A DNA stretch of 64,000 nt, taken from Felis catus (lineage: Eukaryota). The position numbers were made by a program, and so were the translations under genes. Shown piece by piece: positions 13,615 to 25,509 of this stretch (its first letter is position 1; each line of letters starts with the position of its first letter). The stretch is taken from the NCBI RefSeq assembly GCF_018350175.1, contig NC_058368.1, positions 189,040,001 to 189,104,000 on the forward strand. Direction: 5' to 3'. Below the pieces are notes generated by a model. It saw nothing but the letters and a program-made list of their open reading frames with translations. It searched no databases and was not told the DNA's origin.

Positions 13615-13955
13615 GTAAGCCCCACCCACGCCAACAGAATGCCCTGACTTCACCCCCTTCCCCCGACCCCCCAGGGCCTGAAGCAGATGCCTCACTGGTG
13701 CAAGGGCATCAGCCTCGGGCCAGCCTGCTTCTCTCTGCCCTCCTTTCTTTTGTTCCTCTGTGTTCACTGTCCTTGGCCCTGGGCCCTAGCCCCTAGCCCC
13801 ACGCATCCCTCCTCTACTGGAGTTGCCTGAGCAGTCCTCTTTCAACTCCAGCAATTCTGCTCAGGCCCGGGATTTGCTTGAGAATACTGTTTCCACTTAC
13901 TAATGTCATCATTTCTCTTTTCTCCTCTTTCATTCCCTGTGGTCGCCATAATCAG

Positions 13956-14023
13956 ACCAGTCTTTTGTGGACTCTAGCAAGTTCTCCACTGCAGGGTCTC
14001 TCCCGGGACTGGCATTCTCCTGA
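13956..14023 (+). CDS. EBF1: Candidate alternative EBF1 exon giving the C-terminus (D)QSFVDSSKFSTAGSLPGLAFS*; the exon extends to 14024
   Basis: Branch-point-like TACTAAT at 13898-13904, long pyrimidine tract ~13905-13940, acceptor atcag|AC, in frame with the phase-1 upstream exon, TGA at 14021-14023, donor A|gtaggt at 14024/14025. Confidence 0.7.
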
Positions 14024-14627
14024 AGTAGGTCACTCAACCTTCCCTACCTGTTGACTGTGTCAGCGTGAACGTATGTGGGGCTGATCACGGGGAGTGGGTG
14101 AGCCATGGCCTGACCAGAGCCCTGAGGTTAGAGCATTATAGACCAAAGGCCCAACACTGACTATTGGGAACCAGAACCCCCAAAATATGACTAGAGTATT
14201 CTGGGTCATATTAAAATTGTTCAATATTTGTCCCCATCATGGAATATGGAAAATAAGAGTCACCAAGAATTGAGGTGGCCTCTCTATTCATTGAGGGAAA
14301 AAAAAACACCCTTTTTAAAATGGGTCCACTGTGTCTTACATTTTTCTCATGTGCTGGTACTGTTGACCTGCACAAGCTCATTCATCCCTCACAGCAGGAG
14401 CGTGTGTTGGGCATTCAAAGCCCCTAAGTTATGGATGAGAAAACTCGAGGTTAGGGAAATTATGAAATTGCTTGATTTCTGGCAGTAGTGTGTGGCCAAA
14501 GCTGGCTTCAAACTCAGGCTCAAAAATTCATCTCCTCTTTCTGTCTCCCAAGCACTTTATTACTCAGAGGGGGGTAAAAAGGATGCATCCAGGATTCCTA
14601 AGGCATCTGGCAGGGAAATAAGATCAA

Positions 14628-14860
14628 TAAAATAATCAGCTGCCATTTATTTAGCACGGAACCGTGTTTCAGGCGCTGTGCTAAGCACTGAGCACGCTTT
14701 ATCTTACTTAATCCTAACAACTTCCTAGTGAAATATGAGGATATTATGATCTCCATTGTACGGATGATAAAACTGAAGTTTAAGGAGAGTAAACACCTGC
14801 CTAAAGGCACAGCCTGTAAATGGTGGAGATGAATATAAACCCCAGCAGAGTCTGCACCCC
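14628..14860 (-). mobile_element. MIR SINE (approximate); further minus-strand MIR-like copies at ~14340-14530, ~15095-15300, ~17100-17330 and ~21085-21345
   Basis: gctgtgctaagcact...ttaatcctaacaac...ccattgtacggatgataaaactgaagtttaagg...cctaaaggcacagc is the reverse-complement MIR pattern. Confidence 0.75.
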
Positions 14861-14996
14861 TAACCCCCACACAGCTCCCCACAGTGCCTTCCTTCATTGG
14901 TTGTCTTGCCATCTTCACTGATGGAGGTCAGCCATGGGGGTCGAGAGGGGTCAGGAGGGTGGCATACCCATCTGGGATTTCTCAGCTCTGTTTCTT

Positions 14997-15027
<31 letters not shown>

Positions 15028-15039
15028 CACACACACACA
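14997..15039. repeat. (CA)n microsatellite, one interruption
   Basis: Read directly from the sequence. Confidence 0.95.
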
Positions 15040-15946
15040 TTATGTGTATGTATGTTATGTATATGTATATTGTTTATGTTATTTATACAGAGTATACATG
15101 TACTCGGTACTGGATGCTTTACATTGATATAATCTTATATTGATTCTTTCAAAGAAACTATGAAGTCAGTACTCTTCCCTTTATATAGATGGGTAAATTC
15201 AGGCCCAGTTTGCTCAAGGTCACATGGCTATAAATAATAGAGCCGAAATTGAACCCAAACTGTGTGACTCCAGAACCTGAGCTTTCTAATTACTCTGCCT
15301 TTCAGACTCCATACAGGCTCTGCTAAACATTCTTCAGAAACCTGCTGGCAAAGCTGCCCAGCACAGCCAAAGTCATGCCCAGTAAAACATGCTTGTGTCC
15401 CTCCCTTGAACATGCATTGGCAAAGCCATCTTCGAGGGCAGAGGAAAAGAATCTGACAATGGAACTACATTTCGGACAGTATTATTCACAATGCGTTGTG
15501 CCCACCCCTACGAAGGGGAGCTACCCATTCATACAAATCTGACTCTTTTTCAGCTAAAAAGAATGCTTTGTCACCCTCAGTACACCTCCGGCTGGCAAAC
15601 TAAGGATGTAATGCCTAAGTATAACTTGTAGTTTAAATAAGGATAAAATATATGGAAAGCAGAAATCTGCCATTCTTGAGTTGCTTATCACCACCCTCGT
15701 TAAACATAGATTTGATATCAAAATAAGGTAGAATGGGGTTTGTAATCAGGAGCTGACAGGTGTTGCTTGAGAAGAAAAGGCCCATAGCTCTTGGAGGGTC
15801 AGTAGCTGTATTACTGGCCAGCGGTGACATAAGCAGGTAGCCCTTAGGCAAGGCCAGGTCTCTTCTTGCCGTGTAGACCAAGCAGGGAGCAGGAAGGGAC
15901 TCAGCCCAAACTGCAGAATGTCCTGGATTTAGGGGACATCTCTCTG

Positions 15947-15949
<3 letters not shown>

Positions 15950-15985
<36 letters not shown>
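15950..15985. repeat. (GT)n microsatellite, followed by mostly alternating purine-pyrimidine sequence to ~16033
   Basis: Read directly from the sequence. Confidence 0.9.
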
Positions 15986-15986
<1 letters not shown>

Positions 15987-18900
15987 TGCATGCTTGTGTG
16001 CATGCACGTACACACACGCACACGTGCGTGTACAGGTGCTCTTAAGTAACAATGAAATGGCTTCAAAGCAAGGACTCATACAGAGTTTGTTCATTTGTTA
16101 TCCAGGGCATTTCTAACCCAAGTCTTCACAGGCTCCAAGAGTGCAGAGACCATTCTCCCCTGTTCTGATAAGTGGCTGAATCACCATCTCTCTGTCACAT
16201 TTCTCACTTATGGCTGCACAGTGGGGAGGGTTCGAGGTGAAATTCAGGGCCACACTTTGTGCTGGATTTGCTGTTGTGGATGACATTGCCCTTTCCTTCT
16301 AATTCAGCATGTGTCCAGGGGTTTCTTTCTGCTGTTTTTTTTTTTCCCAACACAGTCATGTACCAAACATCCCTACCTTTGAGGGATGCCAGGGGAGGAG
16401 GTATGAGTAGAGAGATGCAAGTCAAATTAACTGACACCATTTTCCTCTAAGCTGTCCTGTCCCTCTTCCTGCCCACTCCACTCCCAGCCGCCGCACTCAC
16501 CAGGGCCCCCATGCCTGGAATTGCTCCTTGGCCCTCTGTACCCAATGCCTGTGGGCTGAGGTGCTCTGTGCCACTGTTTCCCGGGAGCTCCTGCCTGAGG
16601 TCTCGGAGTCTCCCCTGACAAAAGGGACGCTGGGACGTGGGCTCCTACACCTGTAACTGGAGAATGACCTCATCGTTAGCTTTCTAAACTCTGCTGGTCT
16701 GTAGAGAAAGGGCATAGACGGGTTACAGAAAGGGGGTGGTGAGAGCCTCTGAAGTGTGACCTTCCTCCTTCTCCTTTTCATTGTTATAGTAATTTCACGT
16801 GGGCCCTCCTAGTTCAGAACTGTGATCATTAAGACAGGGCAAGTGATGAAAGAAGTGTTGATTAAGCAAATTGACCATATAAACAAGATCAGAGGTGACA
16901 TGTTTAGGCTGTTGAGGGTTTTAAAGACCTGTGTACCCCCAGCTACCACTCTACTAATTGTACTATTTATTTGTTTGTTTTGACAACTCCTTAAAGGCCT
17001 TTTTTCTCAGCAGCCCTGTCATGGCCTCCTCTAGTGACTGCATGTATGTTTATTCCCCAACGAACATGCACTGCAATCTCCCATGATGGTGATGACGATG
17101 GTCACAGCCGCTGGCATGGGAGGGCTTGTTCCCAGCCCGGCTTCTGCATTATATCATGTATTCTTCCCAACCATCCTTGATGTAGGCTGCTCCTTGTCCT
17201 CCTTCTACAGATGCAGAAACCAAGCCTTAGAGCCAAGATGGCTCATCCAGAGGCACACAGCTAGCAAATTGGAAGAGCCTGGGGTCAAAAGCCCGGCAGA
17301 CTGATTACTGTGTGAGCCCCTATGCTATGTGGCCACACTAAAGTCAAGCCACTGGGTGAGGTCCATGTGGACTGCAGAATCCTGACCTTAAAATCTTTCC
17401 CTGGGGTAAAGGAAACATAACACCACAGTAAAGCAGGCAGGTCTGTCTGGGAGAGGCTGGGCACCCACCTGTGGAAATTCAGAGGAGGGGAAGATTAGGG
17501 GGAATTCAGAAGAGCCTCACAGAGAAGGGTGCCGTTGAACTGGACCTTGGAGATAGGGCAAGGGGGACTCAGACAGAGGGAGATGGGGAGGGGGCATCAT
17601 ATCAAGCAGAGGATTAAAGATAACTGGAGCCAAAGAGTAATGTACAGTAACCAGCAAGCCACTCGGCATCCCGGGGCACAGGGGCCAAGAAGTGGGGATA
17701 AGGTTAAGCAAGGAAGTCATAAACTCCATTCTTTACAAAGATTTTATGATTCAAAGTTCCTACCGCGATTCCAACTGGCTTTCTTTACCAGGTAGATAAA
17801 ACCTTGGACAAATTACCATATGTCTGAGAAACTTTTTTAGGATAAAGCAAATCTTATCTCAGCACTTCTGGAGTCTCAGAAGATATACTATTAAAAAAAT
17901 GTAAGTGTTGTGGTCAAACAAATCTAGAAAGTGGTGCTTACTGAATCCCTGTCTTGGAGAGACACAGTGTACCTAAGTTTATTAAAAGCTCTGAGACATC
18001 CTGCAGTTAAACAAACAAACAAACAAACAAAAAACAAAACAAACAAAAAGTCTTCTATGTAGTTCTTTAAACTTATTTGCCCAGAGAACCCTTTTCCAAA
18101 TGTGAAGACCAATTAACATCCCATGGAAAACTTTGGAAAATGTGGCTGTATTTTGGATTTAAAGAGAAAATGCAGAGAAATCTTCTCCGTTCGTATCTAG
18201 GTAAAGTCGTTGATGAATACTGATCCTGGCTCCCCAGGTGTGTCTGTTTTCATAGGTCAAGGGTTCGAGTGACCCACTGTGCCCATCCATTGTCCTGGAG
18301 AGGTCCTCTCCCTTCTCCTAAGGCTTATGCTCCCTAGAGCATGGCTACTATGCAATTTCAGGCCTCAGAGGACTTCATTAATCAAGAGAGAGGCAGCCCC
18401 AAGGAGGCTGTCACCATGCGATTGGACCTCCCCCCAGGGTAGTGATTTTAAACCCTAACCATGTCCTGGACAGTCTCTGCAGTGAAAAATTAAAAACAAA
18501 AGACCAGAGTGATTTCACAAAAATTGTACTCATGCACTGAATTTTTTCTTTCCTCACCTTATTATAGCTAAGGGTGGCTGGCCCTACCTGACTCTAGATA
18601 TCTTGCAGTCCTACAGCGATCGTGTGGAGTTGTCTTTTGCGCCGTGTACATGCTCAATTTGTGCAAGATATTCCTCCTATTCTGTTCCTGATTAGCTCAT
18701 AATTCCTACACATGTGGTGGTTCGAGGAAGACCACATTCCACCCTCACTCCAAATTCTCCCAGCTCTGCAAAACTTTTCATTTTGTCTTTGTTCTTACCA
18801 AAATGTGAAAACCCTAATGAAAAATGCATGGCCTTTCAAACCAATAGTTTTCTGAGCTTCTGTCAGAGAACATGATCACCCTGCCGCCGGGGAAAATGGC

Positions 18901-19489
18901 AGAGCCACCTCGGTCTGATGATGTCCTGTGAAGTTTGGCATGTGTTACTCTCTGACAGTGTTGTGTCTTTGTGGAAATCTTCATGGGCCCCACTTGGGCG
19001 AGTCAGTGTGCCAACGGCTTTTCTGGAACATTCCAAGCCTCAAACACCCATCCCTCTCACCCACGTAAGTAATCTTGAGGGTTGAAGCACAGATACAGGA
19101 AAAACAGCTCCTATAAACCCAGGAGCTTCCCTGCAGTCATGCAGTGGGATTACTTTATAAAAAGGTCTCTTCACAGGTATAGCGGCTTACAGACTACAAA
19201 CAGCGATCTTGTCCTAAAATGTATTCATCAAGAAGTGTTCTGCATCTGGAGTTTAGGAAGTCACAGAAGAGATGTAGGGAACTGTGACCCCAGTGTTCTA
19301 TGCAGAGTGTTGGGTGCAGGTACATACGGGTCTTCTTCTGGAGAGAGATTCCATGGTGTCTGCTAGGCTCTACGAGAAGTCTGAGGGCCAACAAAGGCAC
19401 GGTAGGAAGGTATGGACAGGCCAAAGCCTCCCCCTAGATACCCTCCAATATGTCTGTTTTTAATTTTAACTGTTTGCTAACATGTATAA

Positions 19490-19711
19490 ACTGGGCTGTT
19501 TTGTATTTTAAAACATTCAGATCTCCATCTTCTCTTGAAAGAATTCAGAAAAGCTGGTGGTTGTGAGCAGGCATTTCTGCACAGCAGTGTTGGGGGAGCC
19601 CGCTCTAAAGAAGGCATGCCCTTGGCAGAGTCGCTTTGATCCCTACCAGGGCACATCGCTCACTTATGTTCCCAGTCTGGGCTCCCAGGGCATTGGAGTC
19701 TGCACCCCCTG
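19490..19711. mobile_element. Probable old hAT-Charlie (MER102-like) DNA transposon remnant
   Basis: The end cacttatgttcccagtctgggctcccaggggcattggagtctgcaccccctg resembles the MER102 terminus as recalled from memory. Confidence 0.4.
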
Positions 19712-22087
19712 TCATCCAGATTAAGAAGCACTGTTAGCTATGGACTAGCACATCAGTTAGCTTTGCTTTATAACTCTTAATGGGGCCCTAGATTGCTAGA
19801 TCTTTTTTATTTTTTTTGTTTTTTTTTTCCTTCTGGCCATCCAGAATTAAAAAAAAAAAATCCTGATGTTTTCAGGGCCCAATTAATAAACTTAATAAAT
19901 GTTGGCCAGACCCACTGACCGAATCAGCAGGAAGTTTGTCAGTTGTCTGCTTTGCTTTGCATTGTATCGACACTGCCTGAGCTACCCGGCTGGCTGTCCA
20001 ATAGGGCACTGCCCTTTAATGCCAGGCACACAAAGTAGATTTTGGTGGAAGGCAAAAGTAAGATTTGCTTCTCTTGCCAGAGGCTTAGAACTCCCACAGA
20101 AAGACCTGTCTTTAATAAGGGTGCCGGAACTCACCTCCAGCCTAGATGAAAGATCCTTAGGGAGGCAGAGCCGGGCTGAGCTGTCACAGTGCAAAGAGCC
20201 CCTGCCCCCTTGCCTTTGGAGCTATAGCATCTTGGAGTTTCAAGTTAAGGCTTGGGTTGAAAATCTGAGCTCCCCGTTTCAGTCAGATCTAAGGCTCACT
20301 TGAATCTTAGGGGGACTGCTTTTCCAACTGATCTCGAATCTTTGGGGGTTTAAGTTGGCCTGCATTTGGCAAGAGACACTTCCTGTTTCTAAGAAAAATG
20401 GCTTATGAGGGCTTACGAAAAGACTCCAGGAGCTTTTGGACTGCAGAACGGCTCTTGCAAAACAACATTTGGATGATTTACGTGTATATGAATCAGAAAC
20501 ATGTGGATTAAATTTCCCTGTGAATACAGATGGGTTTAAAAATTAACGGAAAAAGTGTTTGGCAAAATACATTTTTTAATTGAATTTAAAATGTTGGGGG
20601 TGGGGGAGGGGAAACCAGAGGGGTGTGGGGACTGCAGGGCTCAGAGGCTCACCTAGCCTCCCCGTGTCTGCAGCAGGATTTGTAGTAGTTGGGCTTTGCT
20701 TTAAAAAAGGCACATTCTTTTGGACATGAGAGTTGGGACACGAAGAGAGCCACTTCCTAGACTCAGTCATCACTGACAAGGACATCAATTTAAATTTAGA
20801 GTTGCCAACAAAAAGAAAGCAATGACTTTCTCTCTCATCTTTGGAAGCAAAAGATGGCTGCCTCTTGCTTCTAATGGACACATCGCTCTTACCCCAAAAT
20901 ATTTCAAAGTTGCCATACTGTTTTAACTTTCTTATAGACATCCCTTCATTCCTCATGCTCCGCATATGAAGTATGCTGTATGGGGTGGTGCCTTTTTGAT
21001 GTAAGAAGAAACACAGACCAGAGATGTTAAACAATTAGCATGAGGTCACACAGCTAGTTTGGCAGCAGAAGGGATGGGTTAAAAGTAATAGCAGCTAACC
21101 TCTATGAGGTCTTTACTGGAGCTGACGCTGGGCCAAGCACCACACATATGTTATTTTATTTAAATCTCCAACAACCCTAAAAATATCACTGCCCTTACAA
21201 ATACCGTTAACTGCATTTTCTAGCTGAGGAAGCAGAGGTTCAAGGAAACAAGTAACTACCTCTGGGAGACATACTCAGAAAGCAGGAAAGCCAGAGGTGG
21301 AACAGTGGCCTGTCGGATTCCGTGCTTTTCTAAATACCACTGTGTGCGGGCTTCTAACTCAGAGCACTTCCAAAGATTTTTTGATTACCCCAAACTGATT
21401 TCGTTTCCCCCAGGATCTCGCCCCAGCTTTCCTAGGCTATAATTTTCTAAGAACGTGGTCAGACCATTCCAGAACCTGAGTGCAGCAGTAGTATAGGAGA
21501 CATCCTGCAGGTTCATGCAAACCTGCCTTCCCCTCCTCCTCCACGTTTTCTCCCAGCTTCATATTCCCCAGAACAAGGCCTGAGGTGGCTGGCATTTCCT
21601 TCTCCCCGGTATGAGGGATGAAATATAGGCATTCAGATTGCTGTTCTAGTATTCAGTCTTCGCAAATAGCACAGAGCCGTGGGATGAACTAGTTTTTTAT
21701 TTTATATTACGGAAGTCACAGGGAGGGGCAAAAAGAGGGACACATTGGAAATTCTCACTAGTTTGCAAGGTTTGGGGCTGCAACTTTCCCAGTGATATTC
21801 AAACTCTGCAACTTTCCAGTTATATTTTAAGATTGAAATCAGATTTGGAGGGATGTTTAGCATCTTCTGTTCCATTAAAGACACATACACAGGCTGACTT
21901 ATCATTTTTAATAAAGTACATGTATATTTTATAACAAAAACTCATTCCAGGGGAGATGAGAGCACATTTGTGACTAATATTCAACCAACATAGTGGTGTG
22001 TGGGTGTTTTTTCCCATCTTTTTTTTTTTTTTCCTCAGTGAGAATTTTGGATGCAAAACCATTGACTTTTGTCTTCTTTTTCCACAG

Positions 22088-22119
22088 CGATATCTGGCAT
22101 GATCGTTCCTCCCATGTGA
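22088..22119 (+). CDS. EBF1: Coding part of the EBF1 terminal exon: (A)ISGMIVPPM*
   Basis: Acceptor ttttgtcttctttttccacag|CG and stop TGA at 22117-22119. Matches the canonical EBF1 C-terminus NGNSLQAISGMIVPPM. Confidence 0.96.
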
Positions 22120-25100
22120 AAGAATTGCCTTGAAGAATTTTATTAATGAAGAGGTTGGATTCTGCTACAGAGAGTAATCTGATACAAGTCCCCGAGTGGA
22201 ACTTTTAACTCAGGCCTTTTTAAGAGGAATCACAATAACTGCAGATTTTTAAACAAACAATATCACCGACCTTGCAAATACTGAAATTGGAAGGGTTCTG
22301 CAAGTGCAGTGTTGGTTAAAAGTTGTACCTCCCAAGTATTTGGGGGATATATTTATTCTGTGTTGATAAAAGCAAATCCACTTTTTCATTTTCTTTCTTT
22401 TGTTTTTTAAGCTTAAGTCTGCAATCATTTGTCTTTTATAAACCGTAAAGCTGTATACAAGGGACACTATAAATAAGACTCCATGTTTTAATTTATGATG
22501 TTTTTAAAGCTGTGTAAAGGGAGAATGAAGTGGTGATATTTACAAAAAAGTAAAAAAAAAAAAAGAAAAGAAGAAAAAAAAAAAAAAAGCTTGTATGGGA
22601 CAGAATAGGAATGCCAGTTAGATTTTTTAGAAAACTAAGGGTCGGCTTTTGCGCCTTAAAGCATATCAAATGGTAGTTAGCTCAGACAGTGCATTTTCAA
22701 TATCTAACTTAACATGCCATCCCTTAGCAGTGCAAGCTTATTTATCTCTTTTGTATTGTTGTCTTAAGTAACTGTGTAAATAAATGCAGCCTGGAAAGTT
22801 AAAAAGTGATGTAAGTGATCACATTTTTCCCTTCTACTCAAAAATCCAGTGCCTCTAGACAGATTGTTAAAACTGCATATTTAAACCTGATATAATTCTC
22901 TCTTTTACTTATGTCAACTTCTTCTGAAGCCAATGGCCTCTGGAGAGCTTGATGGCACACATACTGTGTGAGAATCCCCTATGAGACTGCACGGAACAGG
23001 GTCCAGGCACAGAATTAGAATTCCACATTTTGCCCTCCAGTCATCAAGCCAAAATCCCACTCACACGCCGCCATTTGCAAGTTTAAAGTTGACTCATCCT
23101 AAATGCTGACTTCATATCAATCCTCCAAAAGCTGACAAAAAGCAACATGGCAGGTATTTCGGATTTCCCATTTGAGATGACACCTCTATCGGTGACCCTC
23201 ACCATTTGTAACATAATAGATTAGAGGGACAGGTTAAGTGCTTTGGAATTCAGAGTAAAAGGAAACTGGGAGAAAGGAGAAGAAGGTTGAGAGCTCCAAA
23301 ACATAGTTCTCTGTTCTATGGAATTTTTGCTCTCATTATCTGGGAAGTGTTCTTAAAAGTAAGAATAAATAGCAAAGACGCAGCAAAGCTCTGAGGATGC
23401 GTTTGCCTGATATTTTTTTCTTTGCTGTTGTGTTTTGTATGTAGTTATAAATACTGTAGATTTTTTGTGATTTTTGCCAAAGTCGTCGTTCTATTTATAC
23501 ATTTTAATGTCTTAAGACAGTTTTTCAATATCACAAAAAGATTTTACTGCATATTTTGCAAAGAAAAAAAAAGCTCACTACCTTTAGCTTGCACATACTT
23601 GCAAAGTTAATTAAAAGGCTTTTTGTTTTCAAGGGGATTTTGTAAAATATCCATATAAATAATGTATTTATCTTTGGAATTTGTACATTGCTTTCCCCTT
23701 CTTCCTTTTCCTCCCACTCCCAGGTTATTTTATTGTGTACGTTTGCTATGTGAAAAGTGCGTATTTGTTTGGTCACCTACAGTTGTATTAGCTGTTTCAA
23801 TGTGATTTTTAAACATTTCATTTATAGTTATTTTTAGTTTTGTTTTAAACCATGCTTCAATTTTTTTTTATTTCCACCCAAAAGCCATTGTCTATTTTTG
23901 TATTATTTGTAAGTTAAGAAGTTTTTTCCAATATATGGCAAAAAAAAAATAGTAGCATATTATTCTTGTAGCATTTAGTTCTGTAGATTAAAAAATGTAT
24001 CCTTTGCTTTGGAAGCTTACAAAAAAAAAACCCTAATGCTGTTTTACTCTATTAATATGCATGGAATCTCTCCCTTTGGAGTGACGCATTTTGTGCATTG
24101 AATTTCGGGGGAGAAACTTCATAGAAATCAATGAACATACTTTCTTTCCTAAGTCTGCTTGTATATTTCCTCTGTCTTTCACATAAATATAAACCAGCAG
24201 ATTGGATGCCTTAACAATGCAAATCATATTCATTTCACTTGTACATTGTAACTGTGCACCAGAACTGTCAGTCATCACTAACATTCTAAGAAAAAAGAAA
24301 AAGAAAAAAGAAAAAAAAAAACAAAGAAATGGAAAAGCACAAAAGAACTGTTTTGTTACCTTAAGACAATGTAACTTTTTCTAGTAGAGCAAGAAATTTA
24401 CAACAATGCTGCAACTGTGCATGCCCCCATATGGATTTTGCAATGGTTTTCACTAGACTGTCAGAGTGCGATTTTTATGGGTTGGGGCGGGTGGGGGAGG
24501 GGGGTTGTGGGAGGGAAGGGAGGGGGAGGAAAGCTGATTTTTCAAGGTGAGAAATAATAATAATGATGATTAATAATAATAAAAAAAACTGGAAAATGTA
24601 AGCAAGGTGGACGCATTGCTTCTCGGTACTCAGAAAAGTTGTCTGAATTCGTGTGGTAAGCGCTGGCCTGAAGATGTATACAATTTAAAGCCATATTTTG
24701 TCTGGTGAGCCCCTTAACTGTTTGTGAAGGAATGGTCAGCCGGTGAGGTGTCCGGCTCAGACCCTGACAACAAACGCCACCCATCTGTCAGCCATGTGTA
24801 GTGGTTAGAACTTTTCTTGAAAGTCCAAAGAGCCTTTAAAATGTGTATAATTTGTATTCTGTTGCCTCTATTTATATTGATTAGATGAAAAGATGTTCTG
24901 GCCCTCTGACCCTCTTTCTTCAACACAAAACTTCTACAAGTAAAAGATGTTCCCCTAAATACAGAATATGGCTTTAAGAGGAAAATGAAATAGAGAATTA
25001 AGATTTCAGTTTTGGGGGAAAAATACAGCTTCTGGATGACTGGATTGCCTAACACGCCCTGGCCTCACATTGTACTAGGATGCAGCTTAACGAAGTCATC

Positions 25101-25285
25101 TCTGAGTCTACTAACCTTTCACCTTCCTATCAAACTTTTTGAATAGACACACACTGTACAGTTCAATTGTTAGAGAACCTAACTACTGTAGAGATTGTTA
25201 TAATTTTTTTTTTTTGCAAAAATTCAAGCTGTAAAAACTTTTCAACTTTCACAATATTTAATTAAAGTTACTTCCTGTCTGTGAT
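22120..25285 (+). other. EBF1: EBF1 3' UTR (~3.2 kb, AU-rich, no recognisable transposons); 3' end approximate
   Basis: Follows the stop codon, is rich in A/U tracts and TGTA motifs, and ends near ATTAAA at 25261-25266 followed by GT-rich sequence. Confidence 0.75.
25261..25266 (+). terminator. Probable distal poly(A) signal ATTAAA of EBF1
   Basis: ATTAAA with upstream U-rich/TGTA elements and downstream ctgtctgtga...gttgtgtatt. The UTR-like character of the sequence ends here. Confidence 0.6.
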
Positions 25286-25492
25286 GGCAGCTTCTAGTTG
25301 TGTATTCATTTCAATAGTTCAGATGAGCCAAAGTCCAACATATGTAGAAGGTCTGTGTTTGCAATTACTCAGACCAGTGTTGACACCCAGAGAGAAGAAA
25401 TCTGGGTAGTCCTGAGACACCCACTCTCTTTCTTTGTAAATCCTTGGGGATTTGCCAATCTGGGAATGCAAATTGCACACGCACAGCGTACT

Positions 25493-25509
25493 GCTGCCCT
25501 CTGGCGGCA
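25493..25509 (-). promoter_or_regulatory. CTCF-binding motif
   Basis: The minus strand reads TGCCGCCAGAGGGCAGC, a close match to the CTCF core consensus CC(A/G)(C/G)(C/T)AG(A/G)(G/T)GGC(A/G). Confidence 0.7.

Noticed and set aside
13254..13796. 180-aa ORF as a stand-alone gene or extended exon
   Set aside because: Only 13420-13614 is EBF1-like and bounded by canonical splice sites; the flanks are intronic read-through.
19094..19112. agatacaggaaaaacagct, resembling agatacaggaaaacagct near 54403
   Set aside because: Only ~18 bp with an indel, 35 kb apart; compatible with chance.
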